Source: Lama guanicoe (Eukaryota). Taken from it: a stretch of 64,000 nt of DNA. Shown here in pieces: positions 24,746 through 35,869 of the stretch. The stretch lies in the NCBI GenBank assembly GCA_013239625.1, contig MU053873.1:1254524-1318523 (forward strand). The letters are read 5' to 3'. Every line of letters begins with the position of its first letter. Position 1 is the stretch's first letter. The translations under genes were made by a program, and so were the position numbers. The notes beneath the pieces are model-generated. The model saw only the letters and a program-made list of their open reading frames with translations. It ran no database searches and was not told the DNA's origin.

Positions 24746-25969
24746 GTTAACTAGGAAAAAAAAATGTACAATCTTTTAAAACGCCATTAAAGATACTCTC
24801 TTTAAACCTTTATTTGCCCCATTCCCATTTTTGTTTTCACTAGTACATGTTAAAGTGAGCAGGCTTATACTGGTCATCAAAGGTGGTCCTGTCATCTGAG
24901 GCTGTCCTGCCGAGTGACAAGTTAAATCCAGAGGTTAAAATAGTTAAAATAGAGTTTATATATAAAAATAATTTTGAGTATATGGAGAAGTATAGATTGA
25001 ATCCAAATAAACCCATATATTCTCTCATTACTTTGATTTAATAATTATCAACATTTGCCCAATAATTGCATTTTGAGAAATAGTTAAGACTTGTAGTATC
25101 TGTCTTTACATTTTCTAAAATTAAGAAAATATTCACTAAGCATTTATATAGAGAACACCTGAAATTAAGATAAATGAGAAAGTCTCTGTGAATTAAAAAA
25201 GTTATGTAAACATGTTAAAATGTCTGAACTTTCTTTGAAATAATCAGGTGTTTTAAGTGACAACATTTTTAGTGCAGGCATGTTAACCTTCATGTGCTTG
25301 TTAGATTATTGTGCCAAATTGTGGAGCAGAGGAAACTGTCAACTCCATAAGACTTACCCTGTGACCTTCCTCTACTAAGAGCTTGGTTTCCTGAAACTTT
25401 GTTAGTACAATTTGATATTGAAGTGTATATATTTAATAAGGTCAAGCACTTCGGTTGGGATAGGACCTTTTATTTTGGAATTAACTGGTCATTCTCATTC
25501 CACTGTCAAGAATCTGCCTGCTACTAATATGATTTTGGAATTCGGGCATCTTTATTGGATATTTGTCCCGTGTATACTTTCTTGTCCTTGGGAAAAGTAT
25601 TTTGCAGCAGATTGCACAATTTCCTGAGAGGATACAAAAACACTGCCACAGTTGCTTTTGCTCTCTATATAATATTTTTGTGTAGAGTGCTGTCTTGGAT
25701 CCTTATGGTTTTAGCTTATATAGAAAGAGGATTTTTGAAAGTTGCTCCACTGTCAGATAATGCTCTTGTTAAGTTAATTGATTCCTACTCTCCACAAAGA
25801 TTTATGAAAACCATTTATAAAAATTGTTCACAAATTGGCAATACATTCCAAGTATATTTCATAAATAAAATTTTCATTTGGTATATTTAGAAGAATCATG
25901 TAAATTATAGAGTCCTTGTGTGTAGGTAGTGTTCCTTTCATAAGTATAGAATCTGTTGGTTTCAGATTA

Positions 25970-26225
25970 TTATCACAAACATATTGTGCTTACTATGTGT
26001 TAGGCACTATTCTATGTCCTTTAAATAAATTAACTCATTTAATCCTCACAACTACCTTATGAGGTAGTTGCTGTTGCTATCTCTGTTTTACACATGAGAA
26101 AACTTAGGTACAGTGGGGTTATTAAGTAGTAACTTGTTGAAGATCCACAGCTAGGAAGCTGAGTTGCTCTAGATTCTAATTTAGTAGCCTGTCTCTGGTG
26201 TCTCCGTTCTTAACCATTATGCTTA
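25970..26225 (-). mobile_element. MIR SINE (near full length)
   Basis: GCTTACTATGTGTTAGGCACT...TTAACTCATTTAATCCTCACAAC...ATGAGGTAG...TTTTACACATGAGAAAACT. Confidence 0.85.
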
Positions 26226-28195
26226 GACTATCTTTGATTTGAATGATCATTTAGCAAATAGTGATCAGTTATAACTATCTTCTGCTACTCAATGTTAGAA
26301 TTATTGCAGAACAGCAATATAGGATTTCCCTTAGATATTTTGTTAAAACCTAGTTTTTATTGTGGGTTATGTTGGCACAGTATTCCAGAATTTGAATCTC
26401 TATGATGATGACAGAGCAAAGGAATGAGTACTTGATACTAAGTTTGTTCTTGCATTTTATTATCTAGTAACTTTTTTGTTGGTCAAAACGTAAAATTAGC
26501 TATAATGTAAGCAGTTTATTTTCTTAAGTATTTAAATTTATAAAACTGTTATTAGACTAATACTTATGCAGTACCTGACATAAACGTTTCTTAAATGAAT
26601 GATGGGAATTAAGCCATAGAATGAAGAAAACTTAAGCAGAATGAGGCTATATGAAAATGATAGTTTTTAAGATAGTAAAGGAATGATTCTAATTTCATAT
26701 GCATCTCTGAAATAAAGGGAATTATAAAATAGAATCACTGCTTGTATCTTCCTTGTTTATTGATGAAGGGGAATCAGTCTTTATAGTGCAAATTAAGATT
26801 TGTTAACTGGAAACAAAGTGTAATTAGTACTGTAAGTCGTTTGTTGATTCAGAATTTTAGTCCAAGGCCAGGTTTGCGAAATAAATGTACAATTATAGTT
26901 TTCAGAAAGGAATTTTTTGTTGTTAAAAAATGGATTTCAGAAATTTATTCATTTGTGTGTTTCTCATTTGAATTTCCTGTGGGGCTAAAATGTAGGTATT
27001 TACTTAATAAATATTAATTTTTGAACTTACTCCTTATTCTTGAAGGAAAGAATTGAAATAGTTGAATGGAGATATTTTTACACTGCTGTGTTTTAAGATA
27101 TGTCTTTTTGTGAACTCAAGTATTTAGAGAAGGAAGGATTTAAAATTTATATCCTTTGTGAGATGGGTTGTAAACAATTTAGCAGGTATAGAGAAATATG
27201 ATTACTCTTCTACTTTAGAGTACATATTCTAGTTGAGGTTGGAAGAATTAGAATTAATTCATGTATTTACTAGTTAAAAAAAATTTCCAATGTGGTTGGT
27301 TTCCCACCATTGTCATGCCATTTGATTGATTTTACAGAGGGAGTTGTGAAAGTGAATTTGTATCAATTTAGCTGAAATATTTAAAACTTTTTGTTTCTCC
27401 TTGTGTATTTCATCACTTTTTGTGCATAATGACTTTAGATACAGCAGTATTTTAACACTGGCTTTTGAAAATCTTGAATCCTTAATCGTGACACTAAAAT
27501 CACATATCATTATGTTTAATACCACAGAAAGTAAAAAAAAAATTATTAAATTTCCACTTATACAAAGTTTATATGTAAGACTTTTATTATTTACTATTAA
27601 AGATCATAAACTCTTTTAAAACCTATATTCTCAGCCCAAGATATTTTTAAGCTTCAGTAAATAGAAACAATGATTTATAAAATAAATCGGTGTATCTACC
27701 AGAATTACCTTACTTCCAGTTTCTGAATGGGACAGTAGTGAAGGTAGTAGTTTCATTTTGCAGTGTGGAAGATTATTTCATTGCCTTATTTTCTACTTAT
27801 TTTATCCTGTGTGTGTTGTCAGGTCAGATGTTATCAACAGAGTCTTGAAAAATTACTCCATGTGTGAGGAAATTATTTCCCATTTGGCTGAAAATTCAGA
27901 TATGAACTTTAAAAAGTATGTAAGCAAGTTGTGTTTAAGTGTTGCCCTTCAAAGGCTGCCTTAAATTTTAAGAGTCATGTCTCATGGCATTGTAGCATAT
28001 GTAATGGTCAAAAGCATGAGATCTGCACCTCATTGTCCCATCTATAAAGTGAGAATACTACCATTGTCTGCTTCACAGGGTTGTTGTCAGGATTAAATGA
28101 ATTAATACATATGTACTATTTAAAACTGTTCTGAGCTTGTAGTGAGTGCTAAATAGATGCTAGATGTGGTTTTTATTGTTATTATTTGCTACTTT

Positions 28196-28525
28196 TGACT
28201 TAAATTGACTGCCAAATATTTTTCCAGCAAGGATGGGTTTATTTGGGATCAGCAGAGAGTTACAGTTTGGGGTCTGCAACCATGGTGAGCATGCATGGAA
28301 AGGGAAGGAGAACAGTTTTAAAGAGAGGAAAAGCAAATTGGGAGGGCCGTAGTAAATGAAGAGTCCATGGCTTTTCATTGGCCGAGTCCTTGCCAGGAAA
28401 GAAGAGGAGTCTTTCTTCTTCCTGTTGGGCTCTGATGTCGTTGCAGGGCATGGGAGCTATCCTTTCTTTCTTGTCTCCCAACTCTATTTAACTGAGGTTT
28501 CTGTTTATCTATTTGTTTTTTTACA
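28196..28525 (-). mobile_element. 3' LTR of an ERV1-class (MER34/MER4-like) provirus
   Basis: On the minus strand: polypurine tract AAAAAGGAGAAA (28526-28537) directly before TG; CCAAT box; AATAAA; terminal CA. Confidence 0.75.
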
Positions 28526-30709
28526 TTTCTCCTTTTTGATCAAGATCTTTCTCTGAAAGCATCACTTATCATGAGTCAGGTTTTCTAGTTTTAGTGGATT
28601 TTGTCCTTTAGTGCCAGGAAGAACATTTCCTGGGTGTAGTAGCTCATGTTGGAGGGAAAGTGCACAGATTGGAAACTTAATGAGGTCATATTTGAGTAAC
28701 AAGGAGGGTGGGAGGGAGAACTCTCAGGCACTTTTTATCTAAAGTCCATGTGCTATTAGGATCATAGACACTGGAGATCATCTGAAGCACTATGTCATCA
28801 TCAGCAGTTTGGTGACAAACTTCCAATGGGCCTGGTCCAGGTATTCTTGGGAAAGCTGTCTCATCAGATGTTGTCTGCTTCAATTTCAGGAACTCTTTAC
28901 TGTCAGGTCACCAGAGGATGTGTAGATCCAGTCAAGGTTTGGTGCTGTCTTTAGATGTGTCATGCAAATCCAGGAGTCTGTTCCTTGGAGTTTAGTTGTA
29001 AAAGGGTTGGTTAGCAGTACCTGAAAAGGGCCTTTCCATGAGGTTGGAGAGTGCTCTTCTGGAGGTGTCTTTTCCAGTAAACAAAATCTCCAGATTTCAA
29101 GATGTGATGCATAAGGTTTTCGTCTCCTCAGAGTGCACTATGAAAAGATTGCTCTATCAAAGCATGGTTATTTTTAACAGAAGCAATTAAACTTTTGCAG
29201 TATTGGAGTATCTCTCTTTTTATCAGTTGTGGGTCAAAAGAAGCAGTAGCCAAGTGCATTAGGCAACCTGTGACTATCTCAAAAGCTGAGCATTTATGAA
29301 TTCCAAAAGGGGTGGATTTAAGATTTAGAAGGACCAATGGCAATGCTTTTGGCAAGGTATTTGGAAAGCCTCTACAAATTTTTCCAGTTGAGTCTTTTTT
29401 CCCCCTAAGGACACAAGAAATTTTGTTTGTTTATTATGAGGAGGATTGTTATATCATTTTTTAATTGAAGTATAGCTGATTTACACTATTGTGTTCATTT
29501 CAGGTGTACAGCAAAGTGATTCAGTTATACATACTCACATATACATATATGTATTCTTTTTCAGTCTCTTCCATTATAGGTTATTACAAGATATTGAATA
29601 TAGTTCCCTGTGCTATACAGTAGATCCTTGTTGTTCATCTATTTTATATATAGTAGAGTGTATATGTTAATCCCAAATGCCTCATTTATCCTCCCCACCC
29701 CATTGAGTCTTAATGTGGTTAGTGAATTGACTAAACCAGAGGATTGAAGGTAGTAAGCACAGTGAAAGTATAGTAAAATCAGCCGAACTGCACACACTTG
29801 TCAAAGTACCTGGCCACTAAAATGAGTTCCTTGATCACTATGACATGAAGTTTGAGAGGAGCTCCCCAGGTTAGGATAATTTTTTCCAAAGTGACTTTTT
29901 AACCATGGAGGAGGCAGTAGCCTGTCTGAAAGGGTAGGCTTCAGTCCAGTGTGAAAACAAACAGGCCATGACTAGAACATATTTATATTCATGAGACAGA
30001 GAAATTTATAAGAAATCCATTTGCCAGACCTTGAATGGTCCATTAGGTAGTTTAAAATATCCAGAAGCAGTACAAACAGGCTTCCCTGGGTTGTACTTCA
30101 GACAAATGGGGCAAGTGAGGTAGATACTTTTTGTGGCCTTGTTAATGTTTCCTCACCAGTATTGACTTATGAAGGCTATCATTTTGTCAGAAGACCAGTG
30201 GTTTATTGCACGTACAGTGGTGAGGACTGGTAATTTTAGTTAGAGTCTCTGGTAAGACTAGGTTGTTATTTGGTTCAAACCAGAGCTTTCTCTCTTTATC
30301 AAGTCAACAGTTGTTGAATTTCCATTTGTTTCTCTCTTGCTGAGGCCAGTTGTTTGGCTTCTCTAGCTAGTTTTTCAAAGTTATCATTTGGGGATATATC
30401 CCTTTTGACCATGACAGAGGTTTGGCTGTTGTTGGCTTCTTTAAAGGCAGCATTCTTTGCAGAAATGTCAGTAAGGTGATTTCCCTTAGCTTCCAGAGAG
30501 TCAACTTTAGAATGCCCTGAAATCTTAATAGCTAAAATGGCAGGTAAAAGTAATGCATCCAATGATTCCTGAACCTAGGGGCCATTTTAAATTTTATTTC
30601 TGCTAGGACTAAGAAAGCCACATTGCTTCCACAACATTCCAAAATCATGAGCCACCTAAAGCATATCTACTATTGACATAACTATTGGCAGTTTTGTCAT
30701 TGGTTAAAG
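28526..30709 (-). mobile_element. Degenerate ERV pol remnant (RNase H and integrase), no env
   Basis: Minus-strand translations: ANSYVNSRYAL..AHDFGMLWKQCGFL and AIKISGHSK..AKGNHLTD (RNase H); PKALPLVLLNLKSTPFG..SAFEIVTG and GDFVYWKRH (integrase); many stops and frameshifts. Confidence 0.85.
29397..29702 (-). mobile_element. L1 3' end (artiodactyl-type tail) inserted in the ERV integrase, with an extra ~56-bp 3' segment
   Basis: TTAATTGAAGTATAGCTGATTTACA...TCAGGTGTACAGCAAAGTGATTCAGTTATACAT...TTCCCTGTGCTATACAGTAG; TSD TTGAGTCTT at 29388-29396 and 29703-29711. Confidence 0.85.
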
Positions 30710-30711
30710 TA

Positions 30712-31228
30712 CAGGCGTACCTCATCTTACTGTGCTTCACTTTGTTGCACTTTGCAGATACTGCATTTTTTTACAAATTGAAGGTTTGTGGCAATTCTGT
30801 GCTGAGCAAGTCTATCAGCAGTGTTTTTCCAACAGCATTTGCTCATTTCGTATCTCTGTGTCACATTTTGGTAATTCTCACAATATTTCAATTTTTTTCA
30901 TTATTGTATTTGTTATGGTGATCTGTGATCAGTGATCTTTGATGTTACTATTGTGATTATTTTGGGGTAACACGAATTGCACCCATGTAAGATGGCAAAC
31001 TTAATTGTTAAATGTTGTGTTTGTTCTGACTTCTCCACTGATTGGCTGTTCCTCTGTCTCTTGCCTTCTCCTTGATCCTTTCTTTTCCTGAGACACATCA
31101 GTATTGAAATTAGGCCAGAGAATAACCCTGCAGTTGCCTCCAAGTGGTCAAGTGAAAGGAAGAGTCGCAAATCTTTCACTTTAAATAAAAAAACTAGAAA
31201 TGATTAAGCTTAGTTAAGAAGGCATGTC
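30712..31228 (+). mobile_element. Tigger1 DNA transposon, 5' end only
   Basis: TA|CAGGCGTACCTC TIR start, TTTTTTACAAATTGAAGGTTTGTGGCAA, and degenerate transposase start (..SERKSR.S.TLN.KLEMIKLS.EGMS); truncated after ~31228. Confidence 0.9.
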
Positions 31229-32232
31229 AGATAGAGAAGGACTAGGGAAATTATATCCCTTTTTAAAAACTATACACAAAAATTGCTTTTTCTTAGCCTC
31301 CTAAGGACCACATTGTAACCAGCTGAGTAGACACAGGCATATTTTGACAAATTTGGTGCTTTTTTCAACACTTACTAGAGTCTATTTTTCTCTTAAATTT
31401 GTGGGCACTTGGCAGTGATGATGGTGTTGGAGTTCTCTTCTAGTATCTGTAATCTTTCTGCACTAGCACTAGCTTTTCCATGGTATTTTACTTTGCTCTT
31501 GGAGACCTTATTTAATAGTTCACATCAGTGTTTCAAGTAATTTCTGGTCCAGGTAGGCACTACACCAAAAAGGTCCTTTGATCTCATAATGTATGATATT
31601 TCCCCTACCAGATTCACAGTGCGCAAAATAAAAGTTAGAGATCTTCGACTAAAGAAGCAGCTTATTTAACTTCGTCCCAGTCTCCTGAGGACCTAGGGGT
31701 TCCTTGTTTTGGGAAATGTTACTTTATATTATTGTATACGGAGGTAATAGAATGCAAACTCTTTCTTTTCTTAATTTGATTCTTATCTATGTTGGCATTG
31801 AGCCAAAATTATTACCCTTCCCAGGTAATGCTGTATAATAGATCATGTTTTTATTACTTTTAGACTAGCTATGAGCCTAACCATTTTACTTTTAAAGGCT
31901 GTTATTGCTTTTTTTATGTTCTACGCCTGAATTTTCCTTTTTCTTTTGTCACCCCTATAGGCCTCCCTGCAGGTAGTTAGCTGCCCCCTTGGATTTTCAA
32001 ATGTAGGATTTGTTTCTATAACTTACGGCCTAACCCTAACCCTTAGGTAGAGTTATGATGACTATATTTCTCAAAATGAAATTAGTCTTATACATTGTTA
32101 ATGTCTTACGTATTAGTTTGATTATGTGGAAACAATAATTAAAAATCAAGGCTGTTCAGAACAGGAAAATCCTGGTTGTTCGGTAAATGTTACATAGTCC
32201 ATTCACTTTCATGCAATATGTTTCATGATCAT

Positions 32233-32260
32233 AAAAGAAAGAAAGAAAGAAAGAAAAAAA
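32233..32260. repeat. (GAAA)n microsatellite
   Basis: AAAAGAAAGAAAGAAAGAAAGAAAAAAA directly visible. Confidence 0.85.
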
Positions 32261-33529
32261 CCCCCAAAACCTAACCAGAATATATAATTGGCCACTTCCA
32301 GTATGAGGAAGTTAAGGGATATAACTTGGGCACTGATGTTTGAAACTTCTACGATGTTTTAATATTTCAAATTGCCCTGGAAATGTAGGATATGATATCT
32401 CTATAAGCAGAGGAAAAATTGTAGTTGCCTGTGTGGAAAATTAGCTCTGCCTTCTTTCTTCTCACTTTGGAATCTGTTCTTTTTAATGTTAAGTACCTCT
32501 GTAAGGAATCTGTTATATTTGTACATGTTGGTGTGTTACATATCAGATCCATTCTCTTTTGAATGGAGAGACTGGACTTAGTCTTAAAGGAAGACCTGGG
32601 GAAGGAAATTATACTTTTTGTTTTAATTTCACTTAGGGCAAGCCTGCTTAGCATTGCAAACTTTCTCTCTTGATAGTGCTGTCTTATGTGTCTATCCTTG
32701 GGACTCCAATGCAAGTTATAATTTTCCTGTTTTAAAAATGAATAACATTTGACTCATTCACTCCCTTTTGTTTTAAGGTCACTACTCTAAAGTCATAGAA
32801 AACTTAGTGATTTGGAAAAATAAATGTCAAAAACAGTTCTTAAATTGCCAAGATACGATTTACAGCAGATTTTTTTTTTTTTGGTGATCTCCAAAAACTG
32901 GTGTTTGTCTTTGAAATTCCATGGTAGTGGCCAAATTATAGTTACAAAATTTGCCAGTCTAGAAAGATTCTTTGGTACATGAAAGTTTATTTTTCTAATT
33001 TAAAACTTACATGTGCTTATTGCGTAGCATTTGGGTAAAAGAGAATTTTAAGAAGATAGCTCATAATCTTATATTCAAAGAAAACCTAACATGGTTAATA
33101 TTTTGATCTTGTTCCTTTGATTAATTTCTTAAGTGCAACCATCGTAACATAGTTAAGATCATATTGTCTACATAGGTTTGTATTTTCATTTTTTTCTTAG
33201 TAAACTTTAAATTACCAAAGAAAAGCCTGAGTGCCTTTGTTTGCATTCATTCTTTCATTCATTCATTCTCTCAATCAAAAAATATGTACATATATAAATA
33301 TGTATGTTTACAACAATATGTATATAATACGAACACACACATACATATATACATATTTATTTAAGGTACTATGTTGGCTGCTTCTTGGAGAGTTTATTGT
33401 CTTTCAGGGCACAAAAGTTAACTATAGTATAAAGCAGACCATGACGAATGTCCATGGACTCTTGACGTTCAGGCAAGGAACCCCTCTGGATTATCTGAAC
33501 TTTGTCTCACAAAGTTTCTTTGTTTGTAG

Positions 33530-33808
33530 ATTCCTCTCTTTGGTGCTAAGACTATTGGCCAGAGAAGTCCTGATGGACCAGTGCTGAGCAAAGCTGAATT
33601 TGTTGAGAAAGTTCGTCAGAGTAATCAGGCCTGTCATGATGGAGATTTCCACACGGCTATTGTTCTATACAATGAAGCTCTGGCTGTTGACCCTCAGAAC
33701 TGCATCTTATATAGCAACAGATCTGCAGCCTACATGAAAATCCAGCAGTATGACAAGGCACTGGACGATGCAATCAAAGCTCGACTTCTCAATCCCAAAT
33801 GGCCAAAG
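33530..33808 (+). CDS. TTC28: TTC28 exon 2 (279 bp; IPLFGAKTIGQRSPDGPVLSKAEFVEKVRQSNQACHDGDFHTAIVLYNEALAVDPQNCILYSNRSAAYMKIQQYDKALDDAIKARLLNPKWPK; first TPR repeats)
   Basis: tttgtttgtag acceptor, AAG|gtagaa donor; clear TPR signature (Y..AL..DP.N...YSNR.AAY...); phase 0 matches exon 1. The gene continues beyond the window. Confidence 0.96.
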
Positions 33809-35869
33809 GTAGAAATTCTGTTTACTTTTATAGAATCTTTTGTTCTTATTTCTTGTTTTAATGCAGCATTTTATTGACTCAGTGCAGTTATTAATGTTTT
33901 AATAGTTTACTTTAGCAAGATGTGAAATGGCTTCAATGAACTGGTACACTAATGAATGGCTTCCTATTTTATGCTTTGGCAGTAGGCTTTCCATTTCTAA
34001 TTCTTTTCTTGCATGTTGAGATTGGAATTTTTTTTTCACTCAGCTTCTTGATTGGATGCTTTCTAGTTATTTATATAGGTTTTGGATTTCTTTTTTGCAC
34101 AGATGTTTTAGATGGGGTATGATGATCATGCTTCTGTCCTTCAGTTTAAAGTATTACCTGTCAATGATTGCTTTTTCCCAGAATGATATTTAATCAGAAA
34201 TTTTTTTTCTTATAAATCATTATAATTATCTATATTCCCTTGAATAGTTTAAGGCTTGAGTTGTTATCTTTGTTTTGTATATACTTTATTTTCAGTGTAC
34301 CTGTTCACTGCCTAACCCCCAATTTATTTTAGAAATGATTTCTTAAGCTGTGACTGAAGTGTTTGAGAACTTTTTAATTGACCCACAAAACCATTTGATC
34401 CTATTCTTGGCTTTCTGTTGGGTTAACAAAAGTTAGTGGATATTTCCTAAAAGTTTCAAAAAGACTGTTGCTGTTATTAACATGTGATAGTCATATTTCT
34501 ACTTTAATTCTGGTATATATTTTTGGAGTCATACAGTGGAATTTCTAGTATTGCTGCTGTCTTATGAGTTGTTTAATATTCTGTAATCCCCTAAAGGACT
34601 TATTTTTATAACTATAACAATTATAAAAAAATTGATTTTAAAATATTGTTATATAACACATTTGGGAGTTAGAATGCTGTTTTCAAAGGATGAACTGGGT
34701 TCAATTTCTTCTCTTTTAATGACGTATGGTTTTGGGTAAATCTCATAATCTTTCTGGTGTTAAGATAAATAGGATGATAATACCTATCTTGTAAGATTAT
34801 TTAAGGGTTAGAGATAATTTGTTACTTGTACATACTAGGTATTTGGTGTATAACAGCCATGATTGTGACATTTTTATTAAGTGTTCAAATTAGTAACTTA
34901 TTCTAGCAAGGCTTGGCTTGTGTCATCTTCTCTTTTTCTTTCTTCCTTTTTTGTTTTTTAAAGCTTAGGATTGATGCAATGAACCTGATAAATGTGGAGA
35001 GCTTAAATCTCCATTCTTTCCTTATTCAGATCCATTTATCTTGTGTCCTTCTTATACTTGTGAATACCTTTAAGTTTTGATCTTTTTCCTTTTTCTGTCA
35101 TTTCCACTTTTTTTTTGTCAACTTCTTGTGATTTTTAACACAGAAAATGGCTGAAAATTTGTACTTTTAGGATTATAGGTGAGAGAAATTACCCTAAAAA
35201 GTTAATTTTTCAAGTTTTAGTCTGATTTTTTCCTTTATAAGAGAAGTTATTATATATTAATATTTGCATTAATATGAGCTCCATGTTTGGCTGGAGCTAC
35301 CTAATTTAGGAGAATCTAGAATTATATAAAAATAAGTTAGGGTTTATTATTGAAATCATGAAAGGATCTTCCTATATAATATCATTCATAATAAAGTTAA
35401 TTTAAAAAGAAGTTTCCACTACTGCATAAAAAGTTTCATTTTATAAAAACTTGCTTTTATACTTATTTTGGGGGAATATATTCATTATATAAAAGAAGGT
35501 TCACTTATACTGTCTTGTCATAAATATATATCTGGTGAAATTTTATCAACTCCTTTTTCTTAATTTTAATTTTTTTAACTGGCTTTTTCATTCTTCTTTG
35601 ACTTTCTAAAATCCTTCTCTGAAATCTCACTGTTTGATGTGGGAAAACATACCTTCCAATTTCTCTCTCTCTGTAAATGTTAATATTTTATGTAAAGACC
35701 CAAGGGCTACAGAGATTGGATGGAAAGTCTATTCATGTTTATTTTGTCTGAATGAAAGTATGATTTTGGTGTGATATGGGCTACAAAATACATATGAACA
35801 AAACCAGTATGAGACACCTCTCCCCTCCAAAAATAAGCCAAATCCCATTATTATACCTTATCTCTAACT

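Noticed and set aside
29128..30562. Domesticated or functional retroviral pol ORFs
   Set aside because: Short fragments interrupted by stops, frameshifts and an L1 insertion.
33581..33877. ORF-track 98-aa TPR protein as a standalone gene
   Set aside because: It is TTC28 exon 2 read past its donor at 33809 into the intron; the 'start' is an internal GTG.
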